The translations under genes and the position numbers were made by a program. This document shows, in pieces, positions 13,720-26,700 of a stretch of DNA of 64,000 nucleotides. Where the stretch lies: contig CM120641.1 in assembly GCA_051362555.1 (NCBI GenBank), forward strand, positions 16,926,001 to 16,990,000. The letters are read 5' to 3'. Each line of letters begins with the position of its first letter. Position 1 is the stretch's first letter. Origin of the DNA: Lingula anatina. Taxonomy: Eukaryota > Animalia > Brachiopoda. The notes under the pieces were generated by a model, which made no database searches, was not told the origin of the DNA, and worked only from the letters and a program-made list of their open reading frames with translations.

Positions 13720-16654
13720 TAACAAGGCAGCAAAGCTGTCAAATGTACAGACAAAAAGCAGGAAATAACTATGCACAAAATAGGCTACTGTCAATTCTGA
13801 TGCAAAAGTACATTATGTTAAACTGCAAATTCAACATCAAATTTTAATTATGCTCAACAGGTAATACCAATGTAAGTAAAATGTGTAACAAGCATAAGGC
13901 TTCAGGCCCATGGCAGTTCAAGTTCACACTTTGAAAATGTATAACTTCCAGAAAAAGAAGCCAATTAGACTGCTTTTCCAACTCAGGCTGCATTTTAGTC
14001 CTGTATTTCTTTTTTGAACGTTTGGCAATCATCAGTAACATGGTTTTCCCAGAATGGTCATCATGGCAGCAGCACCCAAAATTGTGTTTTTCTTCTATTC
14101 TGATGCAATATTACATAATGGTTAACAGCATAATGACCGTCAATTTTTAATAATAAATATCATGTATCATGGATTTTCAGAAAATGTGACTAGCATGGGT
14201 CTTCAAGCCCATGGAACTTCAAAGTCACACCTTGAAAATGCCAATATGTGAAAAATTAAATTTTCACAAAAAAAAACTGTTTAACTAGCAGAGAGAATTA
14301 CCAAACAGACTGCATTGCCTACTGAAGCTGTATTTTAGTCCCATGTTTCTTTCCTGTAAGTTTGAGAACAGTAAGTGACATGATTTTTCTTAAATGGTCA
14401 TCATGGGAACAGTGCCCAAAATATTTTTTTTCCAAATTTTGATGCAATATTACATAATGTTTAACAGCATAATGACCATCAATTTTTAATAATAAAATAT
14501 AAGTATTATGGATATTCAGAAAATGTGACTAGCAAAGGTCTTCAGGCCCATGGAACTTCAAAGTCACAACTTGAAAATGCCAAAATGTAAACAAGACAGC
14601 ACTGTTCTGAAATTTTTTTTTTTTATTTTTAACACTTTTTTAACATAAAACAAAATTAACAGTTTACTGCCATTTTTATATGATCAACTAAGAAAATTGA
14701 TGAGATGGGAAAAATATCAATAGAACAGTGTCAAATGTCCAATTTTCCTCCATTCTGAGTTTCTGAACATAGTGAATGATTGAATCTTACAAACTGTAAT
14801 GATATGAGTTTATTTCCATTTTTGAAACTTTATTACACAATACACGATAACAAGTTTACCATCATTTTTACAAAATCAACTAACAATGTTGTAAAGATGC
14901 AGGAAATGTCAAACAAACACTTTTACTTATCTTATTAATTAAATAATGAAACTGTTAACATGCCTAAAAATTGAATCTGAGGAAATGTGAAACAAGACAG
15001 CACTATTCTGAAATGGGTTTATTTCCATTTTTAACACTTTTTTAACATAAAACAAAATAAACAGTTTACTGCCATTTTTTTATGATCAACTAAGAAAATT
15101 GATGAGATGTGAAAAATATCAATAGAACAGTGTCAAATGTCCAATTTCCTCCATTCTGAGTTTCTGAACATAATGAATGATTGAATCTTACAAACTGCAA
15201 TGATATGAGTTTATTTCCATTTTTGACACCTTATTACACAATACACGATTACAGGTTTAACATCATTTTTACGTAATCAACTAACAATGTTGTAAAGATG
15301 CAGGAAATGTCAAACAAACACTTTTACGTATCTTATTAATTAAATAAAGAGACTGTTAACATGCCTAAGAATTGAATCTGAGGAAATGTGAAAAAACAGC
15401 ATAACTTATAAAATAATGGTCCGATTATGCTGATTTTCGAACTTGACCTGCGTTTTAGTAAGATTGATTACTCCTGTGAGTTTCATGACAACAGGCCTAT
15501 CAGTTTTCCTTGAAATGTGTTAACAGTGTTGCATATATGCTGAAAAGTGAAAAAAACAGCATAAATTCTACAATAATGGCCCGATCATGCTGATTTTCGA
15601 ACTTGACCTGCGTTTTATGAATATTCATCAGCTCTGTAAATATAAAGCCAAAAAGTAAAACTGTCTTCCACCTATGGTGTTAACGCTGAAAGTGCACGGC
15701 AACATGATTGGCGACGGCGACGACAGACGCAGGTGATGGCAATATGTACAGACACATCTGTGTCTGTACATAAAAATGTGACTAGCAAAGGTCTTCAGGC
15801 CCATGGAACTTCAAAGTCACACCTCGAAATTAAATGCCAAAATGTAAACAAGACAGCACTGTTCTGAAATGGTTTTTTTTTTCCATTTTTAACAATTTTT
15901 TAACATGAAACAAAATTAACAGTTTACTGCCATTTTTATATGATCAACTAAGAAAATTGATGAGATGGGGAAAATATCAATACAACAGTGTTACATGTCC
16001 AATTTCCTCCATTCTGAGATTCTGAACATCATGAATGATTGAATCTGACAAACTGCAATGATGAGTTTATTTCCATATTTGAAACTCTATTACATAATAC
16101 ACGATAACAAGTTTACCATCATTTTTACACAATCAACTAACAATGTTGTACAGATGCAGGAAATGTGAAACAAACACCTTTACGTATCTTATTAGTTAAA
16201 TAATGAGACTGTTAACATGCCTAAGAATTGAATCTGAGGAAATGTGAAAAAACAGCATAACTTCTAAAATAATGGCCCGATAATGCTGATTTTCGAACTT
16301 GACCTGCGTTTTAGTGAGGTTGATTACTCCTGTGAGTTTCATGACAACAGGCCTATCGGTTTTCCTTGAAATGTGTTAACAGTGTTGCATATAAGCTAAA
16401 AAGTGAAAAAACAGCATAACTTCTACAACAAACATGCTGATTTTCGAACTTGACCTGCGTTTTATAAATATTTACCAGCTCTGTAAATATAAAGCCAAAA
16501 AGTAAAACTGTCTTCCACTTATCGTGTTAACGATGAAAGTGCACGGCGACGGCGACATCGACGGCGACAGGGACGGCGACAGGGACGGCGACGGCGACGA
16601 CAGACGCAGGTGATGGCAATATGTACAGACACATCTGTGTCTGTACATAAAAAT
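13720..16654 (-). mobile_element. Family A element with internal and 5' duplications
   Basis: Same 3' end as the 10292 copy; 5' hairpin ends at about 15777 and 16654. Confidence 0.6.
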
Positions 16655-16979
16655 AGGGAAATTGAAATAAAGTTTGTTTTTCATTCAATCTCAATCTTAG
16701 TTATTCAAGTAAAATTTTGAACTAAACTAGCTGACCAGGACACTCCTCATATCAACTCTGACTGATAACAGATCATAGTAAACAAGATCATGCATGGGGG
16801 TAACATCCATTGTCAATATGAACGAGATCAAATTATATACAGTCTCTGTAACTGTATGCATGTATAATATATCTGTATATTATTCATAAAACATTGTAGA
16901 AGATTACAGAAAAGAATGCTTCTATAGAAGGAAGGATTTTAACCACAGTGTTCCAGTATACCAACATGTAGATACTTAC

Positions 16980-17184
16980 CCTTCCCCAACCATAAATATT
17001 TAGGTAATCTACTACAAGATCCACTGGACCAATTGAATCAAGGAACTTGCAAAAATCTGTTGAAAAGTTGCTAGATTTTAAGTTTTCTATTTTGGTGAGA
17101 ACACCAGGCAACAGTTCTTTATACTCCTTGTGGTATGTTGGATGCCTATGGATTAGTTGGTTGCAATTGGGACATTGGCTCATC
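16980..17184 (-). CDS. PRORP: PRORP-like, coding exon 3 (zinc-binding CPNC and start of NYN domain)
   Basis: CxxC then GPVDLVVDYLNI (cf. FDVVIDGLNV); canonical splice sites with compatible phases. Confidence 0.85.
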
Positions 17185-17454
17185 CTGAAATAAAACATAT
17201 AAAATACAGAAAGCAGCACATAATGATGAACTTTCTACCTTACAAATTTAACAATTATCTAGTCAGGAACAAGAAAGTATTTCACATTAACTGATTGAAC
17301 TAATTTGAGTTTCAAAATTTAGGACTGCGTAATAGTACACTGACAGACTTGAAATTAATTCTTTTTCTTATAATACAGAACATAAATCCTAAATATGTAA
17401 AAATATTCATCCACAACAATATTAAAGGCATTATAATGATAAACTGATAATCCT

Positions 17455-20400
17455 TTTTTATGTACAGACACAGATGTGTCTGTACATATAGCCATCACCT
17501 GCGTCTGTCGTCGCCGTCGTCGCCGTGCACTTTTACCGATAACACGATAAGTGGAAAACTGTTTTTCATTTCAGCTTGAAACTTACAGAATTGATAAATA
17601 TTTATAATACGCAGGTCAAGTTCGAAAATCAGCATGATCGGGTCACTTGTAGGGAAGTTATGGTGTTTTTTCACTTTTTTCAGCATATATGCAGCACAGA
17701 TAACACGATAAATGGAAAACCATTTTACTTTTTGGCTTGAAACTTACAGAACCGATGAATATTCATAATACGCAGGTCAAGTTCGAAAATCAGCATGATC
17801 GGGCCATATTTGTGGAAGTTATGCTATTTTTTCATTTTTTTCAGCATAAATGCAACACCGATAACACGATAAGTGAAAAACCGTTTTACCTTTTGGCTTG
17901 AAACTTACATGAATGATGAATATTCATAATACGCAGGTCAAGTTCGAAAATCAGCATGATCGGGCCATATTTGTGGAAGTTATGCTATTTTTTTCATTTT
18001 TTTCAGCATAAATGCAACAACGATAACACGATAAGTGAAAAACCAATTTACCTTTTGGCTTGAAACTTACAGAACCGATGAATATTCCTTATACGCAGGT
18101 CAAGTTTGAAAATCAGTCTGATGGGGCTATTTTTATGGAAGTTATGCTGTTTTTTCACTATTTCAGCATATGTGCAACACCGATAACACATTTCAAGGAA
18201 AATCAATTGGCCAATTGTCTTGAAATTCACAGGGGTGATCAGATTTACTAAAATACAGATGAGGTTCGAAAATAAGCTTGATCGGTTCTGTTTTGGTGAA
18301 ATTGTGCCCTTTTTTCCTCGGATTTAATTCTTAGGCATGTTAACAATCTCATTTGTGAACTAATTAGTAATGTAAAGGTGTTCTTTTGACATTTTCTGCA
18401 TCTTAACAATATTGTTAGTTGATTATATAAAAATGATGGTAAACCTGTTATTGTGCATTGTGTAATAAAGTGTCAAAAATTGAAATAAACTCATATCTTT
18501 ACAGTTTGTCAGATTCAATCATTCACCATGTTCAGAATCTCAGAACGGAACAAATTGGACATTTAAAATTGTTCTATTGATATTTTTCCTATGTCAACAA
18601 CTTTCTTAGTTGATCATTTAAAAACGACAGTAAATTGATTATTTTGATATATGTAAAAAAGTGTTGAAAGTGGAAAGAAATTCATTTCAGTACAGTTATC
18701 TCTTGTGTACATTTTGGCATTTTGAAGTTGTGACTCTGAACTTCCATGGCCCTGAAGACCTTTCCATATCAAATTTTCTGAATATCCATGATACTTTTAT
18801 TTTATTATTAAAAATTGATGGTCATTATGCTGTTAAGCATTATGTAATATTGCATCAAAATTGAAGACAACCCCATTTTAGACAATGCCTCCACAGTGTC
18901 CATTAAAGGAAAACCAAGTCACTTACTCTTCTCAAACTTACAGAAATGTAGCATAGCACTAAATTATAGCTTCAGTTGAAAAACCTGTTATATCGGTTAA
19001 CTTTCTTGGAAATTATATAGTTTTTTGTTACAATTAAAATTTTCACATATGGACATTTTCAAGGTGTGACTTAGTCTTTGAACTTCCATTGGCTTGAATA
19101 CCATTGCTAGTCACATCTTTTGAATAGCTATGAAACATTTACTTTATTATTAAAAATTGATGGCCATTGTGCTGTTAAGCATTATGTTAAATTGCATAAA
19201 AGATGAAAAAAAACCTTTTTTGGACATCGCTGCTGGGATGACCATTAAAGAAAAACCATTTTACTTATGATATTCTAACTTACTGAAAAGTTTCATAGGA
19301 CTGAAGTGTAGCTTGTGTTGGAAATCAGTGTGATTGTTTTCTGTTTTGGAAGCAATGCAGCTCTATGGAGTGCTATATGGGGCTACTGTTTATGGATGGT
19401 GGTAATTGTCCCTTGGGATAATCACTAGCTAAATTCAGAGCTATAAAATTACTTGCCTAATTGATTTTCAAGTGCCCATTAAATAAGATTACATAAAACA
19501 CACGTTGAGATTTCCCATTCAAGTCCTATAGGTTAAGCTCTCTTAACTGTGTCACATAATTAGGAATTGGTGATAATTATGCAGGTAAATGTTGTTTAAT
19601 TTGCAAATAAGTTTACAAAAGAAAAAAAATTTGTGTAATGCCAACATTAATGCTATAGATGAATAACAGTGCCTTATTATCCTCAAACACATTGGGATTA
19701 TTCATATCATGTTAATACAGCAAGATTTAAAGTTTGAATAGCACCTTTATTGGATTTTTTTTTTTTTTTTTTTTTTTGTGTTTTCTTTTTAATTTTTTTC
19801 TAAACACTGGCATTTTCAACTCCCATCCACCTGAAGCTCTTCAGATTTTCTGTATTTCCACATAAGCAGTTGCATAGGTATTTATGTCTTTAAACAATAT
19901 GTAATATTATTTTATGCACTGTCAACATTTTTCAAATATTGGCATTTTCATTATGTGAATTTGAACTCTCATGGTCCAGAAACTATAATCTTATTGCAGG
20001 GGTGGATTGAGGCCGTCTTCTGGGTCTTTCAGATGACGGTCAGATTTTAAAGTTTACATTGACTGGTATCAATTTTTTCTGTTGGAAGACCATCAAAAGT
20101 GTAGGATGGATCAACAAATATAGTTTGGAATACTGTCAGAAAATACCTCTGGATCTGCTCCAGTTATTGAGCATGTTACCTGTTGTGCATGATTAAAATT
20201 CAGTGATGATTGACAGTGCTATTATAAGCATTATTTATTATTGCATCAAAATTGACAAAATGACCCATTTTCTATAGGTTAAGCTCTCTTAACTGTGTCA
20301 CATAATTAGAAATTGGTGATAATTATGTAGGTAAATGTTGTTTAATATTGCAAATAAGTTTACAAAAGAAAAAAAATTGTGTAATGCCAACATTAATGCT

Positions 20401-21072
20401 ATAGATGAATAACAGTGCCTTATTATCCTCAAACACGTTGGGGTTATTCCTATCATGTTAATACAGCAAGATTAAAAGTTTGAATAGCAGCTTTATTGGA
20501 ATTTTTTTTTTTTTTTTTTTTTTTGTGTTTTCTTTTTAATTTTTTTCTAAACACTGGCATTTTCAACTCCCATCCACCTGAAGCTCTTCAGATTTTCTGT
20601 CTTTCCACATAAGCAGTTGCATATGTTTTTATGTCTTTAAACATTATGTAATATTATTTTATGCACTGTCAACATTTTTCAAATATTGGGATTTTCATTA
20701 TGTGAATTTGAACTCTCATAGTCCAGAAACTGTAATCTTATTGCAGGGGTGGATTGAGGCCGTCTTCTGGGTCTTTCAGATGACGGTCAGATTTTAAAGT
20801 TTACATTGACTGGTATCAATTTTTTTCTGTTGGAAGACCATCAAAAGTGGAGGATGGATCAACAAAGATACTTTGGAATACTGTCAGAAAATATCTCTGG
20901 ATCTGCTCCTGTTATTGACCATGTTACCTGTTGTGCATGATTAAAATTCAGTGATGATTGACAGTGCTATTATAAGCATTATTTATTATTGCATCAAAAT
21001 TGACAAAATGACCCATTTTGCATCTTTATTCTCTGTTTTTTGTCTGTACATTTAACAGCTTTGCTGCCTTGT
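17455..21072 (+). mobile_element. Family A element, long copy with an internal tandem duplication
   Basis: tttttta-tgtacagacacagatgtgtctgtaca 5' end, array of about 123-bp repeats at 17540-18300, 3' tgtctgtacatttaacagctttgctgccttgt. Confidence 0.65.
19526..21018. repeat. Tandem duplication, unit about 746 bp
   Basis: ctataggttaagctctcttaactgtgtcacataatt starts at about 19526 and 20272; near-identical units, each with a MITE. Confidence 0.85.
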
Positions 21073-22227
21073 CTAATTTTGGTAACATTTGGTGTAAATT
21101 TTTAGTCCAAATGAAACCCACCATGATTGTATAGGTCTCAATGCAGGGCTTGACATAAACTATTATCAGGCACTTGCCCTAGCTGTCAGGCAAGCAGGTC
21201 TGAAAATTTCTCTAAATAAATAACTTCAAATAGTGAATAGGTCAAGCAACCATTCTACAAGTTGACAACGCAATCCTGCAATCCTCGCCATGTGAAAGTT
21301 GCAAAAACAGCATGCAGTTGCTTCAGACATAAATTACTCTACAGGGAAGCTTGTGAAGCATGTGTGGTTTCCAGATTCATACGCACATTATACTGAAAAG
21401 ACTCTTAAGAGCTGGGAATTTAATTTTGGCCCCCCTTCCTTTTAATGTTAATTTCCATAATGATAACTAACAGTTAAGTACAAACAAAATTCATAGTTCC
21501 ATAGAGCGATAGCTGACAATAATTATTTTTCTGTTTTACAATATTGTACAGTAAACATTCTTTTTTTACGGATGTTGTCACCCTTCGCCCAATATTCCTT
21601 TTTTTAACTGCTTTGTGTGTTGGGGGTGGTCGGCTCATGCCCTAGTTAGATTCCACTTTACCAAAATAACACGATTCAGAGCTGGGCCTCTTAGGACGTG
21701 TATTTTGACAGCGCCCCTTGCAGAGTTGAGAGCGACTTTTAGAGTGTGTTAGGCTTCTCGCCTTTAATATGAGGAAAGATCGTCTCTGATAGGAAGGTAG
21801 GTGTCTCGCCTACATAGTATGAGATTTATAGATACCGATCTACATAGGGTGCCCTGAAAAGGGCATTACGTGATTGGCACGATAGAAGCGTCTCGCCTGT
21901 CGAGGGAAGGGGGAGGGTGGACTGGTTGCAGAAAGCGCTTTTCGGTCAACAAGTGACCTTCATCAGCTGCAGAGTCCGAGATGAAAAAAAAAAAAAATTT
22001 AGGGATGTAGGGGGCTGGTAAGCAAAGGTGTCTCGCCTCAGTGTTAACACGCACATGCACAGCATTAGAATACTAATAAATTTGATCCGAGGTTAAAAAA
22101 CCTTGCCAAAAATGAAACCAAACAAACTACATCTAAACGAGTCAAGATGGCGGCACAACGTGAGTAACCTGCTCGTAGCTCCTCGCTAATGTCAGTTTTG
22201 TGTCTGTCTGTGTAGACTTTGATCAAA

Positions 22228-23136
22228 ATGCCAGGTGACAGGAAAAAATCAACTCAATCAACAATCGACCAATACAAGAATCAGAAAAAAGAGTCTGCTG
22301 AAAAGCCATCAAAAAAGGAAAAACGGAGTCACTCCGACGTGGCAGAAGAGAGCATGGAGGGGGCGGACCTTGACTCTCAACTAGCCAGCATCCACGGTGA
22401 CCTGGCCGGCATAAAAGAGGTATTGAGTTCTCTAGTCACTAAAGATGAAATAAGTGACATTGTAGCAACAATAACCGATCAAATGCTAGAAAAACAATAT
22501 GAACTCATACAAAGTGAGATGAAAATAAGAATTGCCGAAGTCACGGGTAAAATGCAAGACAAAATTGACTCACTATTGCTAGAAAATGAAAACCTTAAAG
22601 AGAAACTGAATGAGAAAGAAAAGAAACTAAAAGATCTGGAGGAAAGGGTCGTTCAAAATCATGCTAGATCAACTGAAGCAATCAAACAAAGTAACTACAA
22701 CGAGCAATACTCGAGAAAATTAAATGTAAGAGTCCTAAACTTCCCCCCTCGCAACAAAGAAAATTTAAGAAGTGACTTCCCTGAATTTCTCAAGAAAGAA
22801 ATCAACATTGAACTGGCCCCCCATGATATAACTGCAATTCATAGAATCCCAGGCAGAGAGGGACAACATCAGCCAGTCATTGTAAAATTGAGAAATAATG
22901 ACATAAAAAGATCAATTATGACCAAGAAAAAGGAAATAAAATCAAGTGTGAGGCTCTACGATGATATTACCCATAGAAACCTGGCCCTTATGTCCAAAAT
23001 AAGGCAGACGGGATTAGTGGACTATGTCTGGTTCTACAATGGAGGAGTTTATGCCCAAAAGTCCACTGGGAAAAGAATTAAATTTGACCTTTTTGACAAT
23101 ATAGAAGAAAAAATAAAGAAGTATCGTGGCTCATAA
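22228..23136 (+). CDS. LINE ORF1 protein (coiled coil plus RRM-like domain)
   Basis: Heptad-rich segment, then EQYSRKLNVRV, AIHRI, PVIVKL and DDIT motifs typical of L1-like ORF1. Confidence 0.85.
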   Translation: MPGDRKKSTQSTIDQYKNQKKESAEKPSKKEKRSHSDVAEESMEGADLDSQLASIHGDLAGIKEVLSSLVTKDEISDIVATITDQMLEKQYELIQSEMKIRIAEVTGKMQDKIDSLLLENENLKEKLNEKEKKLKDLEERVVQNHARSTEAIKQSNYNEQYSRKLNVRVLNFPPRNKENLRSDFPEFLKKEINIELAPHDITAIHRIPGREGQHQPVIVKLRNNDIKRSIMTKKKEIKSSVRLYDDITHRNLALMSKIRQTGLVDYVWFYNGGVYAQKSTGKRIKFDLFDNIEEKIKKYRGS

Positions 23137-23739
23137 TCCACCTACATGTACAATGTAAACAGTAGACTGAATACAGTGTACTTATGAACTGTGGTAAACG
23201 AAATAACTGTAACTTATTGCTTCTTCTACCTGAACAATACACTGTGTTTAATTTACCAATAATGTAATATAGAAGCCATATGTATATTTATTGTACGTAA
23301 TATTTTTCAGATTACTTTCTCCTTGATGACTATTATTTGGTTGACTGACACAGCTTGAGCTGCAAGACCTGAGTAGACATCACTCCGGTTGTACTGTATC
23401 TATTATGTTCCCTGTGCAAGGGTATAGAAATTATTCATTCATGCGTGTGTGTGTGATTGTGTATGCTTGCGTAAAATTATGGTTGGTAGCACATTACTAT
23501 GAGATGCTCACTGTTAGCTTCCTATCTTTGTTCTATTGTGAAGAAAGGAACACTCTTACATGTATATCACGGCATGTTAGATTTAGGAATGTCAAACTAG
23601 AATACTCCTCTCAGTCATACTATCATTGCTGTACTCGAGCATATTCTCTTTCAATAACATAAAAAATGTACCTAATCATCGTATGCCCGTGAATAGCAGT
23701 GTATTATGTTTACTAACAGGTTTTTTTTTACCACTTAGC

Positions 23740-26700
23740 ATGAATTCAATTAAGATCGCTTCTATTAACTGTCAAGGCCTGAGAGACTCTACAAAGAGAA
23801 GAGATATTTTTCACTTCTACAGATCAAAGAAATATCATATAGTATGTTTGCAGGATACCCATTTTGACAGTCATGAAGAAAAAAGGATCTTATCAGAATG
23901 GGGTTACAAAGCATATTTTAATTTCTTTTCTACTAACTCTCGGGGTGTTGCAATTTTAATAAATAATAATTTTGAATTCGAGTACCTTAAGGAATTTAAA
24001 ACAAACGACGGCAATCTTTTAGCTCTTGATGTAAATATAGAAAAAAATAGATTCACATTAATCAACATTTATGGCCCGAACAGGGATACTCCAGATTTTT
24101 ATGAACAGGTACGAGATATAATAATAGACTTTAATAATGAAAATTTCTTGATCTGCGGTGACTTTAATCTTACTTTAAACCCTGATATAGACACAGAAAA
24201 TTATGCAAATGTGAATAACCCTAGAGCTAGGCAAAAATTACTTGAAGTTATGAATGACCTAAATATAATTGACTATTTCAGACTTCTCTACCCTGACGAG
24301 AGGAGATTCACATGGAGAAGAAGGAATCCCAGAAGGCAGGCTAGACTAGATTTCTTTTTAATTGCGGATAACCTTCAAAATTCAGTTTCTAATATTTCTA
24401 TTAAGGCATCATACCGATCTGATCATTCACCCGTAATTTTAGAATTAAAGCTAAATAAATTTATTAAGGGCAAAGGCACTTGGGTATTTAACAGTTCCCT
24501 CTTAAAAGATGAGGAATATGTGAGTAAAGTGAAGGACATAATTAAGAGAACAAAAGTTCAATATGCAGTTCCGGTGTACGCCGAAGAAAATATTACAGAA
24601 ATTCCAAACGAACAAATATCTTTCACTATTGATGACTCCTTATTTTTAGAAATGCTTTTAATGGAAATTAGAGGAATGACAATTTCCCATTCCTCTTTCA
24701 AGAAAAAACAAAGGGACAGGCAAGAATTAGAACTAGAAAGAGAAATTTATGTAATGGAAATGAACCACCCAAATGAAAATTCTTTGGACGAACTTGAGGC
24801 TAAGAGGGAGGCGTTGAAAAATATCAGACAAGAAAAACTAAAAGGAGTCCTCGTCCGAGCAAAATGCAGATGGATTGAGGAAGGAGAGAAGCCAACGAAA
24901 TATTTTTGTTCACTTGAATCCAGAAATTATGTCAATAAAACTATTCAGAATTTAGAACTACCAGACGGAACAACAATATTTGATCAAAAACTTATACTAA
25001 ATGAAGCAAAGTTATTTTATGAACGCCTTTACTCGTCAAAAACTAATCAATTAGAAGAGGTAGACCTAGAATTATTTTTTGCAAATTTAGATGTCCCCAA
25101 ATTAAGCGAGCCTGATAAGGAATATTTACAAACCGAAATTACCTCAAAGGAACTTTTGAGGGTGCTGAAAAAAATGAAAAATAACAAATCGCCTGGATCT
25201 GATGGCTTTACTGCAGAGTTTTATAAATTTTTTTGGAATGATTTACATAGTTTTATAATTAGAGCAGTTAATGAAATTTTCATCAATGAGAAAATGATGG
25301 CGAGTCAAAATCTTGGGATTATAACCTGTATTCCAAAAGCCGATAAAATCAGAAAATTTATAAAAAATTGGAGGCTTATAACCCTTTTAAATGTTATTTA
25401 CAAGATGATCTCGGGCTGCATAGCGGAAAGAATGAAACTCTATCTTGATAAAATTATTTCTAATTCTCAGTCCGGGTTTATTGCCGGAAGATATATTGGG
25501 GAAAATACAAGATTAATTTATGATCTAATGCATATCGCAGAAAAGAAAAATATTCCTGCTTTACTCATTCTTATCGATTTTGAAAAGGCCTTTGATTCTG
25601 TAGATTGGGGCTTTATTGATAAAGTTTTAGACTTTTTTAATTTTGGGGAAACTATAAAAAGGTGGTTTCATATCCTTAATTACGATAGCAAGGCCTCTGT
25701 TACACAAAACGGCCACTTGTCGGAGCCTTTCAAAATCTCGAGGGGCTGTCGTCAAGGGGACCCCTTGTCTCCCTATATCTTTCTGCTTTGTGCTGAGATT
25801 CTCGCAATCATGATAAAGAATAATAAAGATATTTGCGGAATAAAACTTGGTGACACCGAATTTAAAATAACCCAGTATGCTGATGACACCACCCTTATAT
25901 TAGATGGTAATAGGTCTTCTTTCTTAGAATCTTTCTGTACATTAGACTATTTCTCAAAAATTTCAGGTCTCCATATCAACAATAGCAAGACTAAACCAGT
26001 GTGGATTGGCTCAAGAAAATATAGTCGGGAAGTTTTTCACCACGTTAGATGGAAACTTGATTGGGGTTCGACTCAATTTAATCTCTTAGGTATAGAATTC
26101 TCGGTAAATTTAAACGATATGGTCACTTTAAACTTTGATAAACAAATCCCGAAGATAGAGGGTATGATTCGGCATTGGAATAGAAGAATACTTACCCCTA
26201 TTGGTAGAATTACTATCTTAAAAACCCTTATCATCCCAATGCTGAACCATCTTTTCATTTCTCTGCCAAATCCAGATCCAGTATTCATAAAAAAACTAAG
26301 TTCCATTTTTTTCCAATTCATTTGGGGTAGCAAAATTGATAAGGTAAAGAGAGGTCAGATAGTAAAGGATTATGAATATGGTGGTCTAAAAATGACAGAC
26401 TTAAGTAAATTCATAACGGCATTAAAATGTACATGGATAAGAAGACTATACCTTAAAAATAACATTTATAACACTATTCTCCAGAGCACCTTTGATTTAC
26501 AATCTATTTGGAATATATTTGACTATGGAAATGATTATTTAGATATACTCTTACGCAATTGCAATAACAGGTTTTGGAAAGATGTCATTATCTCCTGGAA
26601 AGATTTAACATACGGTATAGAAGATATGAATAGCAATATTGCTCTTGAACCTCTGTGGTATAATAGAAAAGTAAAATTGGGTGGGGTATCAATATTGGAC

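Noticed and set aside
11525-18300. Regularly spaced repeats resembling a CRISPR array
   Set aside because: Units are full tandem repeats without unique spacers; eukaryotic context with no cas genes.
23626-23739. ORF-track N-terminal extension of LINE ORF2
   Set aside because: Starts at a non-ATG codon; endonuclease similarity begins at the ATG at 23740.
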